Source: Lama guanicoe (Eukaryota). From it: a stretch of DNA of 64,000 bases. The notes below the pieces were generated by a model. That model saw nothing but the letters and a program-made list of their open reading frames with translations, had not been told where the DNA came from and did not search any database. The stretch lies in assembly GCA_013239625.1 (NCBI GenBank), contig MU053588.1:2676508-2740507 (forward strand). The letters run 5' to 3'. This document shows positions 24,640-37,890 of the stretch, in pieces (the first letter of the stretch is position 1; each line of letters opens with the position of its first letter). The position numbers were made by a program, and so were the translations under genes.

Positions 24640-25170
24640 TTTTTATTACAATAAAATGGACATATAACATTGTGTAAGTTTAAAGTATACAGTCTATTAA
24701 CATGATAAATTTATGTATTGCAATATGCTTACCACTATAGTGTTAGCTAATAACCTCTATCACCTTCAGTAATTCTTTTTTTTTTTTATTAATAGACTTT
24801 ATTTTTTAGAGCAATCTCAGGTTCACAGCAGAACTGAGTAGAAATACAGAGTTTGCACATAGCCCTCCTCACCCACACATATCTACTCCCCTGCCCTCAA
24901 CATCCCTCATCAGTGTGGATATTTGGTACAATGGATGAACCCACAGAGACAAGTTATCAACCAAAGTCCATAGTTTACACTAGGGTTCACTCTTGATGTT
25001 GTGTGTTCTATGGGTTTTGACAAATGCATAATGACATGTAGCCACCACTATGGTATCCTACAGAGTAATTTCATTGCCCTAAAAATCCCTTGTGCTCCAT
25101 CTCTTCATTCCTCCCTCCCTCCCTCTCCCCAAATCCCTGGAAACCACGATCTTTTTATTGTTTCTATGGC
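24640..25170 (-). mobile_element. L1 3'-end fragments
   Basis: acattgtgtaagtttaaagtatacag; gttatcaaccaaagtccatagtttacactagggttcactcttg. Confidence 0.7.
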
Positions 25171-25537
25171 TATGTCAAGGCCCATTCTTATGAGGGGGCA
25201 GGAGTGACACTGAAAAACTGCACACAGGGGACCGCCTTTCCCAGTAATTTGGGTGCTTGCAATGGAGAGCATTCTACCTGCCAACTTCTTGGCAGTGGAG
25301 TGACTCCCTTTAATAACCAGCGTGGCTGCCTCTAACCCTCTTCTCTGAAAGCTGATTCTCCACGTTGTCTTTCTTGTCCAGCCTGAAGGGAGTTTAAAGG
25401 AGGATTTCCCTCCTGGGGTTGTGCTGCTTTACTTCTCATCCCTGGGGTCTTACAATTGTCTCGATCAACCACAGCCTCAGGGTCTATCTGGACAACTCCC
25501 TGAAATGTGCATTAGAAGATGCTTCCATTCTTGGGAC

Positions 25538-26095
25538 TGAAACTGAGTTCCCCTAAAACAGAGTTCCCTTCCCTAGTTTATGATTAATCTCTCCATCCAA
25601 AACTTGATTCCCTTCCTTTTCTCCTCTGATCTAAATGTCTTTCTTCTCCCTTCTAACCTCAATCCTCTGCTAACCGAACACTAATCGACCAGAGTCAGAT
25701 GACTTAAGATTGCTGTTCTCAAGAACATCATTCATATACTAAAATTGCTATTATAGATCTCATCATTAATGTACAAACTCAGGTTTTTTCTCCAGGGGAA
25801 GATGAGCTCACAGACTCCCAAGCCATGGACCACCTGGTCAGAGAATCCTAAACCAGAGACATCCTGCCTCCCAGAACCACGATTAAGAAATGTTACAAGA
25901 TGATAATTAATCCCAGTTCCGTTGCTCTTCTCCTTTAAAACATCCTTGACTCAGAGACCAAGATGGAGTGGTTCTGAGACTTGTCTCCCAATCCCTTTCT
26001 CAATGGCCTGCGAGTAAACCCTTACTTTTCTGCAAACCCCCATTGTCAGAGTTTGGCTTTCTCTGCCATGGGCACACAAGCCTCACTCCATTACA
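25538..26095 (+). mobile_element. ERV1-type solo LTR
   Basis: Starts tgaaactgagttcccctaaaac and ends cattaca; agtaaa polyA-like signal; terminus shared with 32656-33440. Confidence 0.7.
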
Positions 26096-26759
26096 GAAAA
26101 TCCATGGAGGTTGTCTGTAATACCAGAAAGCTTGACCACTCCTGATTCTTGAATCTGAACTCAGGGCTAATAAGGTGCTTTTGGGTTAATCATTCCCTCT
26201 AGATGAACAAATTAGAAAAAGAATCTCATCTGGGCAGATCCAATGCTAAGAGTGTAAAGTCTGATGACTGCCACTTTCTTGGGGAGGAGAGGGGAATGTG
26301 TCTTCCTATGGTTGGATGCAGCTCTGCACCAAGATGAAGAGCTTGGCAGGTGAAGTGTGAGTGGGTTGTGTTTTCTGCTCACTCCTTGTGAGCATAACTG
26401 TACAGCCATTCACTGTTTGGACCCCCACCCTCCAGAGTTTGCCTCTCAACAACAGTCACTGGAGCTCTAGACCCTTGAAGGGAGTCAACAGATGCTGGCC
26501 ACATAACTGATGGCTGATGGGACCAAGGGTATTTATCAAGGCATCTCCAAAAAGAAGGCTTAGAGAACATCTGTATTAATTAATGTAAAGGCCAAACTGC
26601 TGTAATCAACAGATCCCAAAATACTGTGACTTAAATAAAATAAAAGGTTCTTCCTCTCTTTTGCGACCCTCTTGAAGTAGGCAGGTTGTTCAAGATGGCA
26701 AGTGGCTCCCCTCCATGTGGTCCATCAAGGACCCAAGTTCCTTCAATCTTGTTGCTGAG

Positions 26760-26907
26760 ATCAGCGTCTGAGATTCGTTAAAAATGCAAATTCTTGGACC
26801 CTATCCTGGACCTACTGAATCAGAAACTCTAGAGGTGGACCCAGCCATCTGTGTTTCAGCAAGGCCTCTAAGTAATTTTGAAGGATGCTTAAGGTGGAAG
26901 ACTGCTA
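26760..26907. mobile_element. MER5A-like hAT-Charlie MITE
   Basis: aaaatgcaaattcttggaccctatcctggacctactgaatcagaaactct. Confidence 0.75.
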
Positions 26908-27790
26908 CCCTATGGGGTGGTCCTGATCTTCATGGTCAAAGGACAGGAAGGGCCTCTTGAATCATCCCTTCCTATCCAGGAGGTGGCCAGGACAGAAGTC
27001 ATCTGACTGTTCAAAAACCTCAGGCCAAGAAAAAACTTGAATTCTGGGCATGCGATGTGGTTTGAGACAGGGAGAGTGTCTAGTCTGGCACAATAGTTAG
27101 TGGTGTGAACTCTGGAGACAGGCTGCCTGGGTTTAAATCCCAGAGTTTCCATGAAGTTGCCATGTACCAGCTGTGTGACTTCCACCAATGAACTGTTAGT
27201 CTCTGAGCCTCAGTTCCCTCTCCTATGAGGATGGTTACTGTATCTATCTCATGGCATAACTATGGAATTCACAGTGTTACCACGTGTCCCACACATAATA
27301 AGCCCTCAAAATATTAACTTCATCGTCTTAAATTTTAATGTTGGTAAGAGCTGCTGTTTGTTCCCAGCCGTGTATTAAATGCTTTCCCTACAAGATTATA
27401 TTGAATCCTCACGAAACTCTTGTGAGAGGTGTATTTTGCATACAGGTATTCGTTTTATACCAGTCTGAGGGGCAGACTGGTCAGGTCATAGGTTATAGGT
27501 GGTGGAACAGGAATTCTAACCCAAGTCCGATTTTTGTAGCCTCAAATATAAATCACCTCTTCAGAAAACAGGATTTCTAAAAGTTTCTGTCTTATACAAA
27601 TGGCCAATAGGCACACGAGAAAAATGCTCCATATCGCCAGTTATCAGAGAAATGCTAATCAAAGCTGTCCTCATTTCAGAAATGAATAAAATGGGGCTCA
27701 GAAATAGCAAATTCCCAAAGCCCCGGCAGAGCTGGATTCATACTCAGGGCTAATCATCTCCTGCGCCGGGCTCCCTATGGAGCCGAGAAG

Positions 27791-27824
27791 CACCGCCACC
27801 TGGTGGTAGCTGGTGTGAACTGCT
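27791..27824 (-). promoter_or_regulatory. CTCF motif with upstream module
   Basis: Minus strand reads aGCAG-ttcacaccagcta-CCACCAGGTGGCGG. Confidence 0.7.
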
Positions 27825-30800
27825 TCTGGACGAGGAGGGAGAAAAGACAAAAAAGTAATAGCATTTCCAATGTACCAGGCATTGTTCTAAGTATTGTACT
27901 TAGATTTAATTTATATTAACCTGCTTAAATCCTCCTCCTAAAAACACTTTAAGGCAGTTAATTAATAATTAATCATCTCCACCCCCTAATCCACTTTTAT
28001 TTTACTCTACTTTCTTTGGAAAAACCTATTTTTTATTATGGAAGATTTCAAGCATACACAAGAGTAGATATAATGATATATCCATCACCCAGTTTCAACA
28101 ATGATCAATTTGTGGCCATCTTGTTTCATCTGTACTCTCAACAATCCCCTTCCCTCCCCTCACTCCCACCCCCCAGCAAAAAAATTCAGGATTATTTTGA
28201 AGTAAAGCCTAGACATTGTATCAATTCACTTATAAGTATTTTTAATTACAGAATCTCTAAAAGTAGTGCCACTTTGCTGTTGGGGAAACTGAGATATGAA
28301 GAGATCACATAACCTGATAGGGTGCAGAGGCTGGATCGACCCCAGCAGTCTGGTTCCAGCGCCGTTGCCATTGGCTATTGTGATGCCTCTGGAACGTAGC
28401 ATCACTCAGGCAGCAGTACAAGTCAGCCACTTTACAAAGTTGTCAAACTGCTTCTCCAATTGACAGAGTTGGAATGTAAACAGTAGCGATGGAATTACTG
28501 TTTACAGTGTTAATTTTACTAAAGCTGATAACTTGACTGCAGTTATATCAGAGAATGTCTCTGTTTTTAAGAAATACACATTGAAGTATTTAGGGTAAAG
28601 GGCCACATTGTGTGTAATGTAGCCTAAATGATTTGGTAAAAGTATTAGATGAAAGAGAAAGAAGAGACAAATGATCTCCTTAAGAAATGTCAAATATAAT
28701 TTTGCTTTTTATGTTTAATAATTGCATATCAAATTATGTAAGTAATCTAATTTCTATGTATTTACATATATTTTGGGGGCAGAAATATGATAATATGATC
28801 ACTAAATGTCTTTTAAGCATAAAAGCATGTTAGGATAAAATTATGTGGTGGCAGTGGAATGAAATACAAGTTCGAAGAGGAAAAAGACAAAGTAAAATTA
28901 AAGAAAAAGATGCTTATGTCTTTTTTTAAATGGTAGTGGATCTCAGGTCTCGAAGATTCCACTGCACATATTTAAGAGGGTGACATATCTTTTATTTTTA
29001 AATGTCAACACTTGCAATACACCAGAAATCCCCACAACTTACACTTACAAAAAAAAGTTTGTCGTCAACTTAAAAATGTATGGAGACACAAACTTTTTTC
29101 AAAAAAAAAAATGTTATGTGCTACATGAAGCAAATAGTTAGAAGACTATTACTCTTCAAGTCACTGGGTCTGTCTGCTAAGGACCCCAGGGCTATGCCCA
29201 CTGCCCTGATCTGGCGTCATCTGACCCCTGCCTGCCCCCTTCCCACTCCAGCCACAAGGGCCTTGCTTGTCTCCATGCTACCTCTCAGGTCTCAGGACAG
29301 GCTGTTTCCCCACCTGGAATGTTTGCTCCCCTCTTTCCTCCCAAGTCCTGCTCCCCCTTGAGGTGAGAAACCAGTTCCCACACCAGTCCCCCAGCACTCT
29401 GTGCTGGAAACATCATCAACAACCCTGAGTTTCTCCACTCTGAGCCTCCCAACATGCTGTTCCCACTACAGGAAACACTCTTCCCCATGATCTTCCAGTA
29501 CTCATTCTTCAGACTCATGTATGATCTCCTCCAGGAAGCCCTCCCTGACATCCACCACTCCCAGGCTGGGGCAGCCACTTACTCTGGGTTCCCACAGTCC
29601 TCTGTGCCTCCCCTATCTGGGCCCTGACCTCTCTGCCTGTGCCTCCCCCAGCCCAGCCCAGACCACACTGGGCAGGGAGTCAGTGGTGATCTGTCCACCC
29701 CACTGGACTGTGAGCCCCATAAGGGCGAGGCTGTCTCTGTCTCCACTGTGACCCCAGCATTGCCCAGCTGGGTCTGGGCAGGGCCTTGTGTCAACTATCT
29801 AAGGGTGAGTCTCACTAGGTAGAAAGATAGAAAGTAATGGAACCAGCCTGGACCAGTTTGGGCAGCAGAACTGAGAACCTGAGTCCTGAGTAACCTTGGG
29901 TGTTCCTTGGGATCAAGGGCTGGGCATGAGGGCTGAAAAGGGCAGGGCCAGGGAGTGAGGATTTGAAGGGATAAAAAGAATCCTTTTTCTGCAGTCTTTG
30001 AGATTTTTAATGAGCCAGTAATCACCTACTACCTGCGTGACTGAAGTTCTATGAAAACCTATAATGGCACTGACTGGGTTATTGTGAGATTTGGGTGCCA
30101 CGCCTGGCACATAACACACACCCAGAACAAGACGGCAGTAAACTCTGGCACACACTTTTGTCAGGATTTGCCATTAATCACGTGATGCCGTTAATCCTCT
30201 GAGGGAGGTACTAAAATAACATCCCATTTCACTGCTGAGAGACTGGAATAGAGGGAGGTTATTCGCTGGCCTGAGGAATATCACGCGGCTTCTCGAGGTC
30301 AGCGCGGGATTTGAACCCTGGTCGCTACTGGCCACACGCGGCGGCTGGAAGAGAAGGAGGAAGGAGGAGAGGGAAGGTTACTGTCTGTCCCTCTCAGGTT
30401 CCCTCCAGTCATCTTCCTTCTCCGCAGCGCTGAAGCCCAGTGACCTGTGGTGTAGAGGGCGCCCCTGGTGGACGCGGTGCGTAAGCGGCTCAAGGAGCTA
30501 AGGGTTGGCGGGTGGGAGCTGATGGGGGTGGCGGGTCCTACCAGGATATGGAAGAGCGGGCATCAGTGGGGCTCACTCCTTCATTTCTTCATCACAGCCC
30601 AGAGCAACCAGTCTAGCAGGCAGGATGGGCGGCAGAGGAGGAGGGATGGAGCAAAACAGTCCTTCCCGAGAGGAGAGTGAAGAAACAACCCAGAACAACT
30701 GATCCTTAGGGTAGGTGATCTTGAGCAGGTGACCGTGACTTTCTTCTGTCCCAATTTCCTCATCAGATGTAGACGATGTATTATATCTTCAGAGCATAAA

Positions 30801-32049
30801 TGGGGGATAATATGATTTATGCTTTTTCTAGAAGAAGCCCAAAGGAGATTCCTCAACCCAGCCTGGGGGGGAGGGGGTTGACAAGGTGTCTGGGCTTACT
30901 ATTTACTAAGCCTTTAAAGCCTGAGGATGCCGAAGTGAACAAAAACCCCAGCCCTTGCTCTCAGGGCTCACCTGATGGTTCTGTGCAGCCCTGGTACAGA
31001 GTAGCCCCCTTATCACATTTGATGGTGACCACACCCCTGGGAAGTGGGTGCAGTTATGAGCCCCATCTACAGATAGGGAAAACCGAGAGGTAGAAATAGT
31101 TTGCTGCAGTCACACAGAGAGATGTGGCCGTGGCAGGGCAGAGACTTGAATTCAAGTAATTCCCATTCCTAAAACTTTCCAAACCGGAGGCTCCCTGCCC
31201 TTCAAAGCTCACACTTGAGCCTCCAGCTCCATTCCATCCCTTCTCCCCAAACACTCCCTACCCTTTTGAATGTAAAACTATCAAGCATTCCACTCCTCAC
31301 CCCCTACCCAACTCCACCCCAACCCCCATCCCCACCCCACCACCAACTGGCTAAACCACGCATTTTCATCAACCTGAGGCAGGTCTTCCCCTGGGAGAAT
31401 TTGGAAGCCACCTGCTGAGCCGGTGCACTTTCATCCCACTTAACATCTGAGTCTTCCCCGACAGGTGCTGCGGAGTGGGGAGGACGGACCCTGTCCCTGC
31501 CCTGGACCCTGTCCAGCTCTTGGCTTGGGGGACAACAAGCATCAGACAAATGATCAAAGATGGGCAATTTGAGTGGAGGGTGGATGGGAGAAATGAGCCT
31601 GGAAGCCTGGATGCCAGGAGCTCTGGGACGACACTAAGTTGGACCCAAAGGGAGGAGGGGACAAGGCAGATTGAAGCCAAATGCTTCAGGCAGAAGGAAC
31701 CAGGCTCCCATGACTCAGACATTCGAAATGAGGCAACTTTAAAAAAAAAATTTTATTGAAGTTTAGTTGATTTACATGAATGAGGAAATTCTTAATGAAA
31801 AGACAGATACAGTGCTTTCTGTATCTGTGTCAAAGCCATTCCATGAAATACTTCCTAGGAGTTAAAACAAATGAGCCAGAGCTGCATGTACTGGATTTGA
31901 ATGATCCCCAAAATTGAAGGCGGCCAGTTGCAGAAAGATATATGTATGCTGTGTGCTGCCTTGTGTATCAAAGTTTTTAAATCTGCAAAAGAATACCTTC
32001 CCAGATATTGTGTGGGTTGCACAAATATGTAGTAAAAGAATGAAAAGCA

Positions 32050-32190
32050 GGGTGGGGGGTAGAATATAGCTCAATTGGTAGGCTGCATGCTTAGTATGCA
32101 TGAGGTCCTGGGTTCAATCCCCAGGACCTCCATTAAGTAAATAAATACATAAACCTAATTATCTCCCCCCTCAATAAAATAAAATAAAAA
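32050..32190 (+). mobile_element. tRNA-derived SINE (Vic-1-like)
   Basis: tatagctcaattggtagg...gaggtcctgggttcaatcccc. Confidence 0.85.
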
Positions 32191-32655
32191 GCTATGTCAG
32201 AATATTAACTGTAAGAGAGTGGTTTCCCTGGAGGAGGGAAGGAGGGAGAAATATGACATCTGGGAGGGGACACAGGAGACCCCAACTCAGTCAGTTATAT
32301 TTTATTTCTCTAAATAAACAAAGGCTAAAAATGTTGAGATATGATAAAGATAGGTGTGCACACACAATTCATCATGACAAGTCTTCAAAATCTGTTCTGT
32401 CTCCATATTTGAAATAATTATTTTTAAAACAGAAAAAGGGGATGGGACCAGATGATGCTCAGATACAGTCATAGATGGGGGCAGGGAGCAAGAGCCATTA
32501 CCAGAAAGACCTACATTTTTATTTTTTAATTTTTCTCAGCCCATGGCTGCCCTCCTGATGTAAATTTGTGGGCGCCTTTTTTTTTTTTAACTCCCTGTCC
32601 TACTAGAGGGTATGATACATAGAAAGCTGCAAGAAAAGAGAGGATGGGGTGAGGG

Positions 32656-33440
32656 TGTTACCTAATCAAATTTGGGTCTGCCCATTCATCATATAGCAAA
32701 GCCAATCTATGACTCCGGGGTGTGATGAAGGAAATTACAGCATTTATTTGCAGGTGCCAAGCAAGGAGAATAGGCAGCTGATGCTCAAAAGATCCAAACT
32801 CCCCGATGGCTTTCAGAAAAGGGTTTTTAAAGGCAACATTTAGGTTGACAGTTACAGCTTGTGGACTTTCTTTTGATTGGTTGGTGGTGAGATAACGGAG
32901 TGATGTTTCAGGAATCTAAATCATCCTGGTTCCAGCCATCTGGGATCTACTTGCTTATGGTCAGCACATAGTCACCATTCTTCACCGGGGTGAGGAGGGA
33001 GGGGTCAGTTTCTGCAGAGTAACTAAAAGATAAGCATCAGGTTGTTCTATACATCACCTGAGGAGGAACTAGCACTCTGCTTTATCTCTGAACAAAACTT
33101 TTGTTTAAGCCATCACTACTTTTCTTGTTCAACTGCTCCTCCTTTGTGTCTGCATTCCCTCACTTCCCCAGTTAGCAACTGCTTGAGTCTGCTCTGTGGA
33201 ACTCAGGGAAGGCCTAGGAAACTAAAGCCTTTTTCTACAAACAAGAAACGGGGACACAGAAGGGCTTTTGTACCTAGGAAAGTCCCATAGAGTCCTGCTC
33301 AGTTTCAGTCTCCCCTTTTCTTTGATACTTCTCAATTCTGAGGGGAACAAGGGTGGGACAAGAAAGGGAATAGAGTTTAGGATAGAGGTGATAATCATAC
33401 ACTCAGCAGGGGAACTCAGTTTTAGGGGGACTCAGTTTCA
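32656..33440 (-). mobile_element. ERV1-type solo LTR
   Basis: tgttacc...gggaactcagttttagggggactcagtttca (reverse complement of the 25538 terminus); near-TSD aggg/agag. Confidence 0.75.
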
Positions 33441-36422
33441 AGAGCACAGGATGAAGTGGTGGATGTGGGGGTGGGAAGCAGGTCACAGACCAAAGAGCGT
33501 TGCTGCCTGTGGTCTATGACATAGTCCAGTCGCTGGTGTTACTCACAGCCGAGGGTGCTCTTAGAATCCGGGGAAGCCTCAGACCCGAGGATAGCAGGAA
33601 GGAAGCAAGACTCATTTTAAACTTCCTCTTTGCCCAGTTCTGGGTGCTGGGTGAGGTGGCTCTGAAGGGGAGAAAGCAAAGACACTGAGATATGCAGGGC
33701 TGGGAGAAGAACACTGGGGAAAGGCGTAGGCCAGAGAGCTGAGGAGCTCACTCCCAGACAGCAAGTCAGGTTCTTAAATCAGTAAGACTTAGAGAAACTC
33801 AAGGAAAATAAACCCCCAGCAATTTCCAGAACCCACCTACCCCTCAGCCTGCTGGAACCCTGGGGTTGGCAGCCCCCAGAGTGGTTTAAGGAAACCCATC
33901 ATAGGAGGCTAAATTTAAAGAGGATCACTTGGGGCCTCACCTAGCCCAGATCAGAGGATGGTCTGATGGGAAGTAGGTGGTGGGGAAGGACAGGGTCAGC
34001 TGTCAGCCTCTGAACTGGATGTATGGGCATCTCCAGGTCCAGGGGCGGAGAGGCCAGGATCCACCACAAATGGCTCAGTTATTGCAAAATCGATGTTGGG
34101 AAACCTCTGAATCTTTCTCTTTAGACTGAGAATTTGGAGATCTTGATTGTTCTTTCAATGAATTTGAGAGCCTAGCCGATAATATTCAAATCATTCATTC
34201 AACAAAATATTTATTGAGTACCTGCTGTGTGCCAGACCTGCCAGACCCTGGGGACACATCAGTGAACCAGACAGAAGCCTCTGCCATCATGGAGAGCATC
34301 TGCTGGTAGGGGAAGGCAGAATGAAAATGTAAATCAATGTATAAATGCTTTCAGGTGCTGATAAGAGGTTGTAGAGGAAAGTTTATATGTATTTAACAAA
34401 CACATTCAAAGCTGACTACATGCCAGGCACTATTGTAAGTGCTTAGAAAATGTTAACTCATTTAGTATTTATTAAATACCTTATTTAATAATAAAAAGTA
34501 GGGTCTGAGATGGGGGAGGGAGCTAATTCAGTTTGTGTGCTCCGGGAAAGTCTCTTCCAGAGGGGACTGGCCTTTGAGCTGGGATTTGAAAAATGAACCA
34601 ATCTCAATCTCTAGGCCAAACACAGCAGGCAGAGAGCTAGTGCAAAGGCCCTGAGGCTAGCTTGGTGTTCAAGAAACTGAAAGGCCAGTGTAAGTGGAAT
34701 ATCATGAGCAGAGAACAGCGGGGGGCCAAGATGATGTCAAACTCAGCAGCCAGTAGACAGATCCTTAATCACTGTAGGTCACCAGGAGGGGCTTGAATTT
34801 TATTACCAAAGTAATGAGAAGTCTTGTCTTGGAATCCTTAGAATTTGAGCAACTTTTAAACTTTCTTATCCATAGGATTTTGCAATCAAGACCATCTTAA
34901 AATACTAGGCTCTTGTAATCTTGTCATTTCTATCCTAGACCAGAGCCCCTTGTCTCAAAACATGGCTGGAATGTTGCCTATAGTCTCCTTTGGCCTTGAT
35001 TCTAGCCTCCTGACATCCCAGGGCTGTCCCCTGAAACTGGGGAGAGATGTGGGGAGGCTGGCCTACACTTTGTTGCCCTGATGTGGGTACCAGTTCTTAG
35101 GTTCTCCTTTGTCTTGTTCTGGAGAGTTTGGGGAGGTCCCAAATCCAAACTCCAACCTGTCAGTTCACTCAGCTCTTCTCCCGGGATAGCTAACAAGCAC
35201 CTTAGATTCATGGCTCCAAAAGAGAATTCCTGATTCCCCTCCCTCCTGCAAAACCTGCTTCACCAGTTTTCCACCCCAGTTGGCCCCCATCTCCTTCCTC
35301 GTCTCTGGGAAAGGGAATGCCATATTTCCACTTGCTGCAAACAAAATATCTAGGACAAGGGAAAGCATTCATTTCACTAGAAAACACATCTTTCTGGGCT
35401 ATCATATTCTGGTGTTGCTCCCTGTCTTCGCAATCGTCTCTGTGCCTCTGTGGCAATAGTCTTTTGGAATAAAGTTTCTCCTCCTCCAATATCAGAATTG
35501 TTTGTATTTGACAGAAATAATAACCTGGATGACTTCCTTTGCCTTCAAACCGAATTTGTCAGCAAATTCTGCTGGCTCTACCTCCCAGTATATCCCAAAT
35601 GCATCTATTTCTTTCTCTCCCCACTGCTACTCACCCTGCTCCCAGCCATTGCCATCCCTTGCCCGGACTTTACTGGCACTATGTTCCCTGCCTTTTCTTC
35701 CCCTATCCCCATCCCCCACAGTTCCTTCTTCAGAAGGCAACCAGAGAAATAAATGCAAAGAGAAAACTAATCTGTGTGTATGTGTTAAGGGTGGGGATCA
35801 GTACTTTGGCACGAGTTGGGTAATTGACTAGGAAAGGTCACGTGAGAGGTTTCTGGGATGATGGTAACTCTCCAAATCCTGAGGAGTTTGAGTCACACGG
35901 TTGTATGTGTTTGTCGAAATTTATTTGACAGTTAAGATTTTTGCAATTCATCATGTGCAAATTAACCTGGGAGGTGGCCAGGATTGACTCGTAAACCAAT
36001 ATTAACTCTAGCAAGTGATAGGCATGCTGATGTGTTTAGGAGTGAAGGGTACTGGTGTCTGCGACTTTCTTTGGAACACATTAAAAAAAAAAAGATGGAT
36101 TGATGAGACAAGTTGAAAAGATACCTAACCAAGTGAGGACAGTAAAACGTTATTGGTGAAAGCTAGGTGGTGAATATTGAAAGTTTTCATAATAAAATGT
36201 TAAATGAAAATGCAAAGCAAACCAAGTAACTTCCTGCTGGAAATCCTTCAACTGCTTCTCTTTGCATGAGAAATAAAATGCAAAATCTTTTCAAGGGCCT
36301 GCATGATGTCCTTGCTGACCTCGCTGACCTCATCCCTACATTCAGCCTTTGGTGTAATCAATATTTATTTTATTAAAATTTTTTTCCCTTTCATTTTTTA
36401 AAATTTTGTTTTTTATTATTCT

Positions 36423-36533
36423 GGGGGGAGATAATGAGGTTTTGGGGGTTTTTTAGTAGCAGTACTGGGGATTGAATCCGGGACCTTGTGCGTGCTAGGC
36501 ATGCACTCTACCACTGAACTATATGCCCCCACC
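36423..36533 (-). mobile_element. tRNA-derived SINE (Vic-1-like)
   Basis: gtactggggattgaatccgggacc...ctctaccactgaacta. Confidence 0.8.
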
Positions 36534-37224
36534 CACCTCAATATTTATTGAGCGTCTTCTGTGTGCCAGACACTGCTCTAGATGCTCAGGATACAGCATG
36601 GATCTGACACTGTCACTGTCGTCTGCCCTGACTTTTTGAACTTCCTGAAATTATCTTACTTTACAACTTCATCTGCATGGGGATAAGCACTCCTGGAGGA
36701 CAGGGTCCTGTCTGTTACTTATAGCGGCATTCCCAGGTCTAGAGCAAAGTCTTCTTTACAGTTAAACTTCAGTAACAATTAGTTGAAAGAATATTAGCCA
36801 GTACTTATTTAACACTTGTTATACAAGCACCTGGCCCTTTTTAAAGTTGTGTACACACACACCTACTTATTTAATCCTGAAACACATCCCCATTTTACAG
36901 AAGAGTTAACAGAGGCAGAGAAGCTAGGCTGTGAACTCAAGTAATCTGGCTTCAGACCTCCGGTTTCTAACCACCATACTATACTGCTAAGTGAATTGTG
37001 ATTGAATCAATCGTTCAGCGTGGCCGAAATTCAAATCCCAGCTTTGCCGCTTTATTAGCTGTGTGGCCAAAGGCTAGTCAGTTTACCTCTCTGAATTTCG
37101 GATCCTTTATTGTTAAGAGTCACGTTCCTCCTCCCAGTCCGTGGTGAAGATAAAAGATGCTGGAGGAGGTTGGTTCAAAGACACCATACACGCAGGCACA
37201 AGCGAATGCACACTCCGATTACAG

Positions 37225-37890
37225 GGCGGAGGGAGGTAGGAGCTGGGGAGGGCGGCACGGGGTGTGGCCTCCAGAAGGAGGCCAAAGTCTCTGGCTTCCA
37301 GGTTCCTCTGATCGGCCCGCGCACCACCTGGGGTCCAAGACCTGTCTCCGCCCCCTCGAACCTGGGTGACCGGGGAGACAACCGTTCAAGGGTGTGTCCC
37401 CGACACCCGGCGGCATCTGCAATCTGGGAGAAAGATATCCGGCGGCGGGGAGAGAACCCAGCTCCGCAGGCAAGGGGAGAGGCTCGCTGCCCCGCCTCCC
37501 TCCACCAGATTTCGTCGGGGAGGGAGCCTCCCGGCTCCCGCCCCCCGACAGGCCCAGCCGCGTGGAGCGTCTGGGAGCGAAGAGAAGCAGCCAGCCCGCG
37601 GAGATGGAGGCGGCGGGCACCTGGGTGCTGCTGCTGCTGCTCCTGCTGCTCCTGGTGCTGACGCTGGCGCTGCCCGGGATCCGGCGCCGAGGCCACCTGC
37701 CCCCGGGGCCCACGCCGCTGCCGCTGCTGGGGAACCTCCTGCAGCTCCGGCCTGGAGCGCTGTACTTGGGGCTTTTGCGGGTGAGGGGCCGCCCGCACGC
37801 CCTGGCTAGATGCGGGGGTCGAGGGACCGGAGAGGAAAGGGACACACCCCTGGGAGAGAAACCGTAGTGCGAGCGCAAAGCGGCCGTCGT
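37225..37890 (+). promoter_or_regulatory. CYP2S1 CpG-island promoter with GC boxes
   Basis: High CpG density over exon 1; GGGCGG/CCGCCC boxes near 37224, 37348 and 37538; no clear TATA box. Confidence 0.8.
37604..37780 (+). CDS. CYP2S1: CYP2S1 exon 1 (membrane anchor, PPGP hinge)
   Basis: gagATGgag start; MEAAGTW...GLLR; donor GTGAG at 37781. Confidence 0.96.

Noticed and set aside
30455..30475. CTCF site CCACCAGGGGCGC on minus strand
   Set aside because: One G short of consensus spacing; not called on its own
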